The translations under genes were made by a program, and so were the position numbers. From NCBI GenBank assembly GCA_002707205.1, contig PAMH01000022.1, forward strand, positions 277 to 61,492: 61,216 nucleotides of DNA, written 5' to 3'. This DNA is from Legionellales bacterium. Its GTDB lineage: Bacteria; Pseudomonadota; Gammaproteobacteria; UBA1113. The notes below the pieces were generated by a model, which did not search any database, was not told the origin of the DNA, and saw only the letters and a list, made by a program, of their open reading frames with translations. Below are positions 49,508-59,833 of the stretch, piece after piece (within the stretch, counting starts at the first letter, position 1; every line of letters begins with the position of its first letter).

Positions 49508-50527
49508 ATGCAAGATTTTGATAGAATCATAGATGCAGCGGCACAAACAGATGAAGAATTGTTAGATAATGCAATTCGTCCTAAAAAACTTGCAGATTAC
49601 GTAGGGCAACAAGTTGTTAGAGAACAAATGGATATTTTCATCAATGCGGCGCGCGGTCGTGGAGAAGCTTTAGACCATGTTTTAATTTTTGGTCCGCCAG
49701 GACTTGGTAAAACAACATTGGCAAATATTATTGCTCATGAAATGGGGGTTTCTCTAAAACAAACTTCTGGCCCTATTTTAGATAAAGCAGGGGACTTAGC
49801 GGCACTATTGACGAATCTTGAAGCGCATGATGTTTTATTTATCGATGAGATCCATCGTTTAAGTCCAGTTGTAGAAGAAATTTTATATCCTGCGATGGAA
49901 GATTATCAGTTAGATATCATGATAGGAGAAGGGCCTGCTGCACGTTCAATTAAACTCGATTTGCCACCATTTACCTTGGTGGGTGCAACAACACGTGCGG
50001 GATTATTAACCTCGCCCCTACGTGATAGATTCGGTATTGTGCAACGTTTAGAGTTTTACGGTATTGAAGACTTAACCCATATCGTTGCACGTTCGGCTGC
50101 GATTTTAAATATTGAATGTGAACAGGCGGGCGCTCGTGAAATTGCAAAACGCTCACGTGGAACACCTCGTATTGCGAATCGATTATTACGTCGAGTGCGT
50201 GATTATGCACAGGTTAAAGGGCGAGGAGTGATTGAGCAAGAAGCGGCAGCAAAAGCGTTAGATATGTTAAATGTTGACCATTGCGGCTTTGATATGATGG
50301 ATAGAAAATTCTTATCTGCTCTCATTGAAAAATTTGATGGTGGTCCAGTAGGTATTGATAGTTTAGCTGCAGCCATTGGTGAAGAACGTGGTACTATTGA
50401 AGATGTGATTGAGCCTTATTTAATTCAACAAGGATTTGTTATGCGGACTTCTCGAGGCCGTATTGCGACCAAATCTGCATATTTACACTTGGGGTTAGCG
50501 GTACCTGACGTTTCAAATAATGCATAA
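49508..50527 (+). CDS. ruvB: Holliday junction branch migration helicase RuvB
   Basis: [52 protein letters not shown]. Confidence 0.99.
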   Translation: MQDFDRIIDAAAQTDEELLDNAIRPKKLADYVGQQVVREQMDIFINAARGRGEALDHVLIFGPPGLGKTTLANIIAHEMGVSLKQTSGPILDKAGDLAALLTNLEAHDVLFIDEIHRLSPVVEEILYPAMEDYQLDIMIGEGPAARSIKLDLPPFTLVGATTRAGLLTSPLRDRFGIVQRLEFYGIEDLTHIVARSAAILNIECEQAGAREIAKRSRGTPRIANRLLRRVRDYAQVKGRGVIEQEAAAKALDMLNVDHCGFDMMDRKFLSALIEKFDGGPVGIDSLAAAIGEERGTIEDVIEPYLIQQGFVMRTSRGRIATKSAYLHLGLAVPDVSNNA

Positions 50528-50731
50528 ATATGACAGTGTTTTCAAATTGAACAACTAGACCGCTGAAAAGCTGCACATAATTATTACATTTATAGTTGAA
50601 ATTTGTTATAGTAACTAAAACAAAACATAGCATGTTTATTGTAGTCTTGATATTAAGATAACTGAATATTTTAAACGCTTGATGCTTTATGTGAGTGCTA
50701 TTTATTAATAACCATTATTTAAGGTGAAATC

Positions 50732-51430
50732 GTGACATTAGATCATAGTATTTGGAGCATGTTTACTGATGCAAGTATTTTAGTTAAAGGCGTGATGTTA
50801 GTGCTTTTGGTGATTTCTATTATTTCTTGGACACTTATATTTTATCGAGGCAGTTATTTAAAGGCGCGCAAAAAAAATTGGCAGCGCTTTATTAAACAAT
50901 TAAATGAAAACTCAGATTATATTGATACCTATCAAAAGATTAAAAATCAAGCCAGTCAAAGTGGGGTTGATGCAATTTTCATTCGAGGTTTTGATGAATT
51001 TATTGCGATGAAGAAAACAGGCGCAAATCAAGATGCAATTTTATCTGCGGTTGGGCGTGCTATGCAGGTGGCTCAGTCTAAAGAACTAGACAAAATTGAG
51101 CAAAACATTTCAATTTTGGCAACGATTGGCTCAACCAGTCCATATATTGGTTTGTTTGGTACAGTTTGGGGTATTATGACATCGTTTCAAGCGCTTGGTG
51201 CTGTGCAGCAAGCCACAATCTCGATGGTCGCACCAGGTATTTCTGAGGCCTTAATTGCTACTGCAATGGGATTATTTGCCGCAATCCCCGCGGTTATTGC
51301 TTATAACCGGTATTCAAATCACATTGATTATCTAGCCAATCAGTATGAAGTTTTTAAACAAGAATTTCTCGTTGTACTAAATCGTAAATTGCAGAGTAAT
51401 GAAACAGCTTGGGGCATCGATTATGAATAG
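50732..51430 (+). CDS. tolQ: Tol-Pal proton channel TolQ
   Basis: LATIGSTSPYIGLFGTVWGIM, VAPGISEALIATAMGLFAAIPA. Confidence 0.97.
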   Translation: MTLDHSIWSMFTDASILVKGVMLVLLVISIISWTLIFYRGSYLKARKKNWQRFIKQLNENSDYIDTYQKIKNQASQSGVDAIFIRGFDEFIAMKKTGANQDAILSAVGRAMQVAQSKELDKIEQNISILATIGSTSPYIGLFGTVWGIMTSFQALGAVQQATISMVAPGISEALIATAMGLFAAIPAVIAYNRYSNHIDYLANQYEVFKQEFLVVLNRKLQSNETAWGIDYE

Positions 51431-51872
51431 ACGGCAACTTGGCCAAAAACGTCGTAGTCTTTCTGAAATTAATGTTGTTCCCTATATTGACGTTATGTTA
51501 GTTTTGTTAGTCATTTTTATGATTACAACGCCATTATTAAGTCAAGGTGTTGATGTGCATTTACCTAAGGCGAAAGCCAAGGCTATTAAATCAGAATCAC
51601 AGATTCCTTTAATTATCAGTGTTGATAAAGCTGGCCGATATTATTTAAATGCCTCTGCAACACCAACAGTTGCAATGACGCCTGAACAAATTTCTGTGCG
51701 AGTAGCGGCTGAGTTAGCAATTGCAAAACAACAACATCTTAAAAAGGCTGTTTACGTTAAAGGTGATGAAGGTGTTGATTATGGTAAAGTAGTTACTATT
51801 ATGGCAACTTTACAACAAGCGGGCGCGAGTGATATAGGTTTAATGACAGATCCGGTAAATCAACATGGCTAA
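51423..51872 (+). CDS. tolR: TolR
   Basis: SEINVVPYIDVMLVLLVIFMIT.P, KGD...YG.V; start moved to ATG 51423. Confidence 0.96.
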   Translation: MNRRQLGQKRRSLSEINVVPYIDVMLVLLVIFMITTPLLSQGVDVHLPKAKAKAIKSESQIPLIISVDKAGRYYLNASATPTVAMTPEQISVRVAAELAIAKQQHLKKAVYVKGDEGVDYGKVVTIMATLQQAGASDIGLMTDPVNQHG

Positions 51873-52746
51873 ACAACAGTTAACTACAAAAAAATCTTTT
51901 ATATATTCAATTTTTTTTCATGTGATTTTCATTCTTATAATTACAGCGTCAATTAGTTTTGCGCCAACGCCAAAACCTCAGCAGACATTGGCATATAAGC
52001 AAGCAGATAAAATTGTTCAAGCAGTTTCAGTTAATCAAACGCAGGTTGAGCAAGAAATTCAAAAAATTAAAACAGAGAAGCTGGTACAACAGCAGCGAGA
52101 ACAGGCGCGTGTTGCTAAATTACAGCAAGAAGCTAAAGCTGCCGAGCAAGCTAAAAAATCACAACAAATGCAATTGGCTAAAGTAAAAAAAGAGCAAGTT
52201 GAAGCTCAGAAAAAAGCACAAGCACAATTAAGTCAACTGAATGCTCAAAAAAGTGAAACCAAGCAGCAGTTAGCCACATTAAAGAAACAAACCTTAACTA
52301 CGGCAGAGCAGCAACAGAAGTTACAAAAAGATATTGAAAAATTGAAAAAAGCACAAGCCTCGGCTGAAAAACAAGCACAAATAAGTGATTTGCAAGCACA
52401 AGTCGCACAAGAGCAAACACAATTAAATGCACAGAAAAAACAAGCTAAAATACAAGGTGAAATTCAAAAATATACCACGTTAATGTTGCAGTCCATTGAG
52501 CATAATTGGAATTATCCAGAAAATGTAAACCGTGCACTTTATTGCGTGCTAGAAATTAAACTTGCACAAGATGGTCGTGTAACACAAGTAAAATTAGTGA
52601 AGAGTTCTGGTAATCAAATGCTAGACCAATCAGCAATTGCAGCAGTTTATAAATCATCGCCATTGCCAGTATCAACAGATCCTGATGTATTTAAAAAAAT
52701 GCAAGATATTAATTTAAAAGCATCTCCACAAGGACAAATTTCTTAA
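51865..52746 (+). CDS. tolA: TolA
   Basis: N-terminal TM with S..FH (SHLS-like), long A/K/Q/E helical region, C-terminal 'SSGN..LD.SA..AV.K..PLP'. Confidence 0.92.
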   Translation: MAKQQLTTKKSFIYSIFFHVIFILIITASISFAPTPKPQQTLAYKQADKIVQAVSVNQTQVEQEIQKIKTEKLVQQQREQARVAKLQQEAKAAEQAKKSQQMQLAKVKKEQVEAQKKAQAQLSQLNAQKSETKQQLATLKKQTLTTAEQQQKLQKDIEKLKKAQASAEKQAQISDLQAQVAQEQTQLNAQKKQAKIQGEIQKYTTLMLQSIEHNWNYPENVNRALYCVLEIKLAQDGRVTQVKLVKSSGNQMLDQSAIAAVYKSSPLPVSTDPDVFKKMQDINLKASPQGQIS

Positions 52747-52756
52747 TGAGGTTAAC

Positions 52757-54064
52757 ATGCAAAAGCGTTTATTTGTCTTATTACTAACAATTGTTAGTTT
52801 CTTTTATTTACCGCTGGCTAAAGCAGCACTTGACCTTGAGTTAACAAAAGGTATTGCTTCTGCATTGCCCATCGCTGTTGTGCCTTTTAAGTCAAATGAA
52901 AAATTACCTGTTGATATTACAGCAGTTATAGCTAATGATTTAAATAATAGTGGTGAATTTAATGTAAAACCTTTTAATGATTTAAAATCTCATCCTGATT
53001 CAGCACAAACTGTTGATATAGAGGCTTGGCGACAACAAAACGTTAATGATGTCGTTGTTGGTCATATAGAAAGCCGAGGATTGGGCAAGTATGAAGTTGA
53101 TTATAGTTTAGTGAACTTGTTTGCTAAAAAAGAGAATAGTATATTGTTGTCGGAGCAATATACAGTATCTAAAGATGAATTAAGAGGTTTGGCGCATCAT
53201 ATCAGTGATCAAGTATATCAAGCACTGACAGGTGAGCGTGGTATTTTTTCAACTAAAATTGCTTATGTCCTCGTAGAAAATAATCCAGGTCAAGCTACGC
53301 AATATTCATTGGAAGTTTCGGATATTGATGGCGCAAATGCAAAACCCATTTTAACATCCTCTCAACCAATTATGTCTCCATCATGGTCACCAGATGGCAC
53401 GAAAATTGTTTATGTTTCTTTTGAGCATTATTTGCCGCAAATTTATATCTCAGATGTTATTACAGGAGATCGTAGCTTAGTCACTAGTTTTAGCGGTATT
53501 AATGGAGCGCCTACTTTTTCTCCTGATGGTCAATCATTAGCCGTTGCTTTATCAAAAGGGGGAAACAATCCCAATATTTATACCATTAATATAGCAAGTA
53601 AAAAGTTACACAAAATTACCAATAATTGGGCGATTAATACAGAGCCTTCATGGGCGCCTGATGGAAAATCTTTAATTTTTACATCAGACCGTGGTGGTAG
53701 TCCGCAAATTTATCAAGTTAATTTACAAGATAAACTCACACAACGTTTAACTTATGATGGTAAATATAATGCCACTGCATCTTATACTGCGGATGGTTCT
53801 GAAATTATTTTATTACACCAATTAGATGGTAACTTTAATATTGCGGTGATGGATTTAAAAACTGGTACGATTAAAGACTTAACACATTCAGGAAAAAATC
53901 AATCACCAAGTGTTGCACCTAATGGGAAAATGGTTGTATTTGCTTCAGAGCATAGTGGTCAAGGTGTGCTAGGGATTGTCTCTACTAATGGACGTGTGAG
54001 TTTACGTATACCAGATGAAAATGGTAGCGTACAAGAGCCGGCTTGGTCACCATTTTTGAGTTAA
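52757..54064 (+). CDS. tolB: Tol-Pal beta-propeller TolB
   Basis: Signal peptide, PIAVVPF, repeated SPSWSPDG / PSWAPDG blades, ends PAWSPF. Confidence 0.97.
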   Translation: MQKRLFVLLLTIVSFFYLPLAKAALDLELTKGIASALPIAVVPFKSNEKLPVDITAVIANDLNNSGEFNVKPFNDLKSHPDSAQTVDIEAWRQQNVNDVVVGHIESRGLGKYEVDYSLVNLFAKKENSILLSEQYTVSKDELRGLAHHISDQVYQALTGERGIFSTKIAYVLVENNPGQATQYSLEVSDIDGANAKPILTSSQPIMSPSWSPDGTKIVYVSFEHYLPQIYISDVITGDRSLVTSFSGINGAPTFSPDGQSLAVALSKGGNNPNIYTINIASKKLHKITNNWAINTEPSWAPDGKSLIFTSDRGGSPQIYQVNLQDKLTQRLTYDGKYNATASYTADGSEIILLHQLDGNFNIAVMDLKTGTIKDLTHSGKNQSPSVAPNGKMVVFASEHSGQGVLGIVSTNGRVSLRIPDENGSVQEPAWSPFLS

Positions 54065-54157
54065 GAAAGAATATTCATTGCTTAGTAACTTGATTTGCAT
54101 ATTAAAAAAATATGAGCGCATAATAATTTAAATGTTCAGAAACTTAAGGAGCATAAA

Positions 54158-54670
54158 ATGAAAAAAGTTTTTAAACTAACAAGTGTTTTAACCTTAGGGT
54201 TAATGATGGCAGCTTGCTCGTCGACTAACAAGTCTGCTGGTGTTGAAAATGGTTTTGACTCAGGCGTTAAAACATCAGGCCTAGGCAGTGAAGGGCCTTT
54301 TTTAAGTAGTGCATATATGGCAAAGCAAGTTGGGGTTGATACGAACACAATTTATTTTAACTTTGATCAAAGCACCATTCCTGCAAAATATCAGCCAATC
54401 ATTGAAGCAAATGCAAATTATTTGAAACAACATGCTTCAGCCAAAGTGCGTTTAGAAGGTAATACTGACCCCCGTGGTAGCCGAGAGTATAATATAGGAT
54501 TAGGCCAACGTCGCGCATCTTCTGTTGCACAACAATTAGAAATTTTAGGTGTTTCACCAGATCAAATTGTTACAGTCAGTTATGGTCAAGAACGTTTAGC
54601 CATGCAAGGTAACTCAGAGCAAGCTTATCGTTTAGATAGACGCGTAGATTTTGTTTATATGAGTAAATGA
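54158..54670 (+). CDS. pal: peptidoglycan-associated lipoprotein Pal
   Basis: Lipobox MAAC-SS, YFNFD, EGNTDPRGSREYNIGLGQRRA, SYGQE. Confidence 0.97.
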   Translation: MKKVFKLTSVLTLGLMMAACSSTNKSAGVENGFDSGVKTSGLGSEGPFLSSAYMAKQVGVDTNTIYFNFDQSTIPAKYQPIIEANANYLKQHASAKVRLEGNTDPRGSREYNIGLGQRRASSVAQQLEILGVSPDQIVTVSYGQERLAMQGNSEQAYRLDRRVDFVYMSK

Positions 54671-54682
54671 GGAAGGTTCTAA

Positions 54683-55672
54683 ATGAACAGGATATTGAAA
54701 ACATTTATGTTGTTAGGAATGACAAGCAGCGTTGCTTTTGCAGACTCAGCTCCTGTTGTTGTTGGGCATTTAGCCGGTGATGAAACAACCTCATCAGCCC
54801 CTCAGCAAACATTAGTTACGGCTGATAATGCATCTGCAACCGAAAGTTCGGGAAGTACAGCAGAGCTTGCCGATCAACAATATCAGTCTGCAAGTTCTGG
54901 TTTAGCACAAGAGGCAGCGATTCCTGTACAAAATACCGTGCAACCCAATAATAATTTAGCTAATCAATCATCTCTAAGTTTATTACAACAAGTACAAACT
55001 ATGCAGCAGCAGATGCGTGATATGCAGGGACAACTTGAATTACAAGCGCATCAATTACAAGTCTTGCAGCATGCACAGGCTCAAGATGCAAATGAACTTG
55101 CAAGTAAAATATCTGCATTAGCCAATGGTAATAAGCAAGCAGCCCTACAGCCATTATCTGTTTCTTCAACTTCAGCACAGGGACAAATAGCGACACCCAC
55201 AGGATTACAAAATCCAACTTCTGTTGCACAAGCCACTGACAAAGTTGCTCAGCCCTTGAGTGCTCAAGAAGCGCAAGCGGTATTAGCGGAGGAAAAAAAC
55301 TATCAAGCAGCATATAATTTGTTAGCAAATAAACAATATGCCCAAGCACAAGCTGGTATGCAAGATTACATTAAAAAATACCCTAATGGAAAATTTGCTG
55401 CAAATGCACATTATTGGTTAGGTGAGTTGGCGCTTATTAGTGGAAATACAAAACAGGCTTTAACTGAATTTGGAACAGTTACAAATAAGTTTGCTGATTC
55501 ACAAAAAGCAGCTGATGCGATGTTAAAAACAGGCTTAATTTATTATAATGAGCATCAACTGATTCAGGCAGAAAATCAATTAAAGACATTAATTCACAAA
55601 TATCCTGATTCAAATTCAGCGCAAATGGCAAAACAAAAATTACAATTAATTCAGTCATCTGGAAATAGTTAA
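54683..55672 (+). CDS. cpoB: cell division coordinator CpoB (YbgF)
   Basis: Signal peptide, coiled coil (LLQQVQTMQQQMRDMQGQLE), TPR 'ANAHYWLGE...KAADAMLK.G'; follows pal. Confidence 0.92.
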   Translation: MNRILKTFMLLGMTSSVAFADSAPVVVGHLAGDETTSSAPQQTLVTADNASATESSGSTAELADQQYQSASSGLAQEAAIPVQNTVQPNNNLANQSSLSLLQQVQTMQQQMRDMQGQLELQAHQLQVLQHAQAQDANELASKISALANGNKQAALQPLSVSSTSAQGQIATPTGLQNPTSVAQATDKVAQPLSAQEAQAVLAEEKNYQAAYNLLANKQYAQAQAGMQDYIKKYPNGKFAANAHYWLGELALISGNTKQALTEFGTVTNKFADSQKAADAMLKTGLIYYNEHQLIQAENQLKTLIHKYPDSNSAQMAKQKLQLIQSSGNS

Positions 55673-55675
55673 TCA

Positions 55676-56320
55676 ATGCAACAATCATTAAAAATAACAG
55701 AAATATTTTATTCGCTCCAAGGCGAAACAAATACGGTGGGTTTGCCTACCGTATTTGTTCGTTTAACGGGTTGTCCCTTACGTTGTGGCTACTGTGATAC
55801 CGCTTATGCATTTAGTGGCGGAAAACGATTAACAATTGATGATATTTTAAAACAAGTTGATAGTTATCATGCGCGTTACGTGACGGTGACCGGCGGCGAG
55901 CCGTTAGCTCAACCAGCTTGTCTCTTGTTACTCAATGCATTATGCAATAAAAATTATCAAGTATCTCTTGAAACCTCGGGTGCCTTAGATATTTCAAAGG
56001 TTGATGACCGTGTTATCAAAGTCATGGATTTAAAAACGCCATCATCTGGAGAGCTTGAAAAAAATCGTATGGAAAACTTAGTGTTTTTAACACAAAAAGA
56101 TCAGGTTAAATTTGTAATAGGAGATAAGGCTGATTATGATTGGAGTAAAATGATTTGTGAGCAATATCAATTAGCAGAAAAAACACAAATTCTATTTTCT
56201 CCTATCCATCATGCTATTTCTCCAACTGATTTAGCCGACTGGATTATTCGGGATAATTTACCTGTACGTTTTCAAATTCAACTGCATAAATATTTATGGC
56301 AAGATCAACCAGGTAAATAA
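55676..56320 (+). CDS. queE: 7-carboxy-7-deazaguanine synthase (radical SAM)
   Basis: EIFYSLQGE, CPLRCGYCDT, TGGEPL, ETSG, QLHK. Confidence 0.96.
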   Translation: MQQSLKITEIFYSLQGETNTVGLPTVFVRLTGCPLRCGYCDTAYAFSGGKRLTIDDILKQVDSYHARYVTVTGGEPLAQPACLLLLNALCNKNYQVSLETSGALDISKVDDRVIKVMDLKTPSSGELEKNRMENLVFLTQKDQVKFVIGDKADYDWSKMICEQYQLAEKTQILFSPIHHAISPTDLADWIIRDNLPVRFQIQLHKYLWQDQPGK

Positions 56321-56338
56321 TGTTACTTTTCTATAAAA

Positions 56339-57613
56339 CTAAGTTGCAGGAAAAGCAACCACGCCCGGAATAGCAAAAGGGTGTGTGACGTCTTCGCGGG
56401 CACAATAGTTGAGATCAATGGCAATTTTATGATGCGCACAAAATCCTAAATATGCCATCAACAAAGCTTCAAAGTAATCTGCAATATAGTTTAATTTTCG
56501 CATATCAATAAACTCAAATTTAGCCTGTTCAAGTAGTTGTGTTTGAATGCGATGGATAATATATTGATTATGGGACATCCCGCCATAAAAAATAACTTTT
56601 GTTGTTGAGTCGTTATCTGTTATGGCAGTGAGCGAGTTATTGATGGCATCAGCAATACTATCTGCAACAATAGCAGAGATTGTTGTAATAATATCAATCC
56701 ATGATAAATGCGCTAGTGAGAGTAATTTAAGTTGCGGTAAAATCCATGTATATATATCAAAGTCTGCTCTGTCGGCACTTTTAGCTTTTACTTTACGTGA
56801 AAAATACTCATGTGCGCGTAGCGCTTTATAAAGTTTAGGTATGATAGCTCCTGATTCTGCAAGTTTACCGTCCACATCGAATCTGTGTTCAGAGATAGGT
56901 TTACGTAATAATTCAGGAATCACATTTATTAAGTTTTGATCTAATAAGTAATGAATTAAACTATCGATTGGTGCATTAGCAGGGCCAGTATCATAGCCAA
57001 TAATTTTAGTGGGATCATTTTTATTAAGGATAGTAATATTTGCAATACCGCCACCATTAATAAGAACAACATTTTTTTGGGGGTCAAAAAATAATTTTTT
57101 AATTAATACTGGTGCTAATGGTGCTGCCATGCTGACAACTAATGGGGCTTGTCTATGTTGTGTTACAACTTTGTAGCCGGTTTTTTGTGCTAGCATGGGA
57201 CCATTGACAATAATATCAGTGTAGTAATTTTTATCTAATGGATTATGCTCAAGTGTTTGACCATGAGGACTTAAAATAATTTTTGTTTTTGGATAATGCA
57301 ACAAATTTAACTTTTTAATTACTATTAAAAATGCATCAACAAAAAAATTTGTTAATTGTGTTTCAAGCCTGTTTGCTTCAGTTCTTAAAATTTCCGTTCT
57401 ATTTGCTTTACTAAGAGTCAGTAAGTGTAAGTTTAGTTGTTCAGGAATAGTTATCGGAAAATTTTTAAAGCAAATTGGCATTCCCTCAGTATCAAAAGTT
57501 GCAGCAGTAAAGTCAGCAGTATTATCTGCGCTAGTACCTGTCATACAACCAATGTAAATATCGAGGTTAGCGCTCAGTTTTTTTGGTTGAAGTATTTCCC
57601 AATTATCCCACAT
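56339..57613 (-). CDS. divergent anhydro-N-acetylmuramic acid kinase family protein
   Basis: IGCMTGTSAD, HGQT..H, APLAP, N.GGIANIT, YDTGPAN..ID, GG..HN, EAL..AYLG match the AnmK/levoglucosan kinase family. Confidence 0.82.
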   Translation of the reverse strand: MWDNWEILQPKKLSANLDIYIGCMTGTSADNTADFTAATFDTEGMPICFKNFPITIPEQLNLHLLTLSKANRTEILRTEANRLETQLTNFFVDAFLIVIKKLNLLHYPKTKIILSPHGQTLEHNPLDKNYYTDIIVNGPMLAQKTGYKVVTQHRQAPLVVSMAAPLAPVLIKKLFFDPQKNVVLINGGGIANITILNKNDPTKIIGYDTGPANAPIDSLIHYLLDQNLINVIPELLRKPISEHRFDVDGKLAESGAIIPKLYKALRAHEYFSRKVKAKSADRADFDIYTWILPQLKLLSLAHLSWIDIITTISAIVADSIADAINNSLTAITDNDSTTKVIFYGGMSHNQYIIHRIQTQLLEQAKFEFIDMRKLNYIADYFEALLMAYLGFCAHHKIAIDLNYCAREDVTHPFAIPGVVAFPAT

Positions 57614-57814
57614 AGAAAACTATCTTAATTTTAGCTTGAATGATTTGATTGTATCACAAACTGGAATAAAACAAGTTAAAAAGCTAATGATTTTATGTTT
57701 GATAATGCTTATGCAGGCCATAAGCGTTATTCGTTTTTAGATCATAAAGTATTGGAAATTTCTATGAATAATATGCCATACTAGTAAAGATGATAACATC
57801 TTAAGTACAAATAT

Positions 57815-58768
57815 ATGGATCCAATAACGCAAGGACTTTTAGGCGCAACAGCCGCACAAATTGTTGGTGGAAAAAAAATACCTAAATATGCATGGAAAAT
57901 AGGTTTTCTTGCGGGTATGGCGCCCGACCTTGATATAGTGATTCGCTCACAACAAAACCCTTTATTATTTTTAGAATATCACCGACAGTTTACACATTCG
58001 CTGATTTTTATTCCTATTGGTGGATTAATTGTTAGCTTATTTTTTTTATTAATATGTAAATCATTACGCGAACATAAACTTTTAACATTTTTAGCAACGA
58101 CTTTAGCTTATGGCACGCATGGATTGTTAGATACTACAACCTCTTATGGAACGGTCTTACTTTGGCCATTGAAGTATACACGCTTTGCCTGGGATAATAT
58201 GTCAATCGTTGATCCAATTTTTACAGGCATGTTACTCATCTTATTAATTTTGTCAGTATTAAAACGCTCACAGATTATCGCTACGGTCAGTTTAATTCTA
58301 GCATTAATGTACATGGGGTTTGGCGCTATACAACACCAGCGAGCTTTAAGTATTCAACAAGCATTTGCAAAAGAACAGCAGCAATCAGTTATTCAAGCAA
58401 GAGCTATGCCAGCACTTGGAAATCTTTTTAAGTGGCGTGGTGTCTATCGAAGTGGTGATAAGCTTTATTTTACTAAGATTAAAACACCGATATTCTTCGA
58501 ATCATCGATTCAATTTATCGCTTCAGAACCATTTTTTTCAGTAGAAAATTTACCTTATTACATAAAATCAAATCAAATTTTAATGAAAGATTTTCAAGCA
58601 TTTATATGGTTTACAGATAATTATCAATTTGAAATCTCTAAATCGCCTTTAACTTTGTGTGATGCACGTTATTTCTTACGAACACAAAATAAGACATGCA
58701 TGTGGGGTATTCGTTTCCCCCAAAAAAGTAGTCAACAAAAACATGTAACCTTTGTTAGAAATTTTTAA
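57815..58768 (+). CDS. membrane-bound metal-dependent hydrolase (YdjM/DUF457-like)
   Basis: MDPITQGLLGA, APDLD, HRQFTHSL, HGLLD.TTSYGT.LLWP. Confidence 0.9.
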   Translation: MDPITQGLLGATAAQIVGGKKIPKYAWKIGFLAGMAPDLDIVIRSQQNPLLFLEYHRQFTHSLIFIPIGGLIVSLFFLLICKSLREHKLLTFLATTLAYGTHGLLDTTTSYGTVLLWPLKYTRFAWDNMSIVDPIFTGMLLILLILSVLKRSQIIATVSLILALMYMGFGAIQHQRALSIQQAFAKEQQQSVIQARAMPALGNLFKWRGVYRSGDKLYFTKIKTPIFFESSIQFIASEPFFSVENLPYYIKSNQILMKDFQAFIWFTDNYQFEISKSPLTLCDARYFLRTQNKTCMWGIRFPQKSSQQKHVTFVRNF

Positions 58769-58783
58769 GTGGGAGAAAAAAGA

Positions 58784-59518
58784 ATGAAAAAAGCCGTGTT
58801 GTATCGGATGATGTCGAATAAACATATTTGTCCTTTTGGTATTAAAGCCAAACATTTATTGCAACAAAAAGGTTATCAAGTCGAAGACCATCACCTGCAA
58901 ACAAGAGAAGCGGTTGATGTATTTAAGGCTAAGCACCAAGTTAAAACTACACCACAAGTATTTATTGATGAACAACGAATTGGCGGTTATGATGATTTAG
59001 TTGCTTATTTAAAAGTGAAAAGCTTAAAACAAGAAGGTAAAACATATCAGCCGATTATCGCTATTTTTTCAGTAACATTTTTAATGGCCATTGCATTAAA
59101 CTTTGCTATCAGTCCAATGGTTAATATCGTTAAAATACTTGAGTTATTTATTGCGTGTAGTATGTGCGTACTTGGCATTATGAAGCTACGAGATTTGTAT
59201 GGATTTACAAATCAATTTTTAGGTTATGATTTGTTGGCTATGCGCTGGGTGCCTTATGCCTATATTTATCCCTTCCTTGAAGTTGCTGCTGGCGTTTTAA
59301 TGTTAGCAGGTCATTTTATTTGCTTTGCCGCAATGACCAGCTTTTTTATTGGAATGGTGGGTTTGATTTCTGTTTTTAAAGCGGTTTATCTTGACCGTCG
59401 TGATTTGCGTTGTGCTTGTGTAGGAGGTAACAGCCATGTGCCATTAGGCTTTATTTCCTTAACTGAAAATATCATGATGGTAGCTATTGCATTATGGATG
59501 GCGAGACTGTATTTCTAG
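58784..59518 (+). CDS. glutaredoxin-MauE/DoxX fusion membrane redox protein
   Basis: CPFG, TTPQVFI...IGGYDDL glutaredoxin domain; 'YDLLA.RW..Y...YPF.E', CACVGG..VPLGF.SLTEN; start moved to ATG 58784. Confidence 0.9.
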   Translation: MKKAVLYRMMSNKHICPFGIKAKHLLQQKGYQVEDHHLQTREAVDVFKAKHQVKTTPQVFIDEQRIGGYDDLVAYLKVKSLKQEGKTYQPIIAIFSVTFLMAIALNFAISPMVNIVKILELFIACSMCVLGIMKLRDLYGFTNQFLGYDLLAMRWVPYAYIYPFLEVAAGVLMLAGHFICFAAMTSFFIGMVGLISVFKAVYLDRRDLRCACVGGNSHVPLGFISLTENIMMVAIALWMARLYF

Positions 59519-59596
59519 AAATGATTAAAGCTATGACGCTTTAGATTAAATTTAGTTTGACGCGCTCTTAAATTTCTCTTGTGCTAAAAGGCTTAA

Positions 59597-59833
59597 TGCA
59601 TTAATACGTATACTGGAAGTTGGTTTTTTAGCACAAATTATTGGATCATATATGTCAATTCAGGTTATCAGTATGCGCTCGTTAGTAAAGGAAATAGTCG
59701 ATCTCATTTGTGGCTTTTATCAAGAAATCCCAATATCTCTAAATCACAATACAATCAATTGTTAAAAATTGCTAGAAGCAAAGGTTTTAATACTAATCAA
59801 GTTCAAACGATAAGTCATAGCGTATGTTCATAA
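59597..59833 (+). pseudogene. 3' fragment of a bacterial lipocalin (Blc-like) gene
   Basis: Stop-to-stop frame reads ...SWFFSTNYWIIYVNSGYQYALVSKGNSRSHLWLLSRNPNISKSQYNQLLKIARSKGFNTNQVQ...; no start codon or N-terminal half (GxW motif, lipobox). Confidence 0.75.

Noticed and set aside
56321-56338. tRNA expected after cpoB-queE as an island integration site
   Set aside because: The gap is only 18 bp, and no tRNA-like sequence was seen here or elsewhere in the window.
225-57628. Numerous 60-134-aa ORFs antisense to or overlapping well-supported genes (e.g. 27074-27478, 29082-29408, 47254-47595, 54999-55349)
   Set aside because: Shadow ORFs lying within confident genes, with no independent motifs or RBS.
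6641-58783. Longest-ORF starts in the track for aceE, mlaF, pqiC-like, bepA, phoH, the hydrolase, tolR and the Grx-MauE gene
   Set aside because: Downstream ATGs fit RBS position and family N-termini better; the phoH extension runs into a MITE copy.
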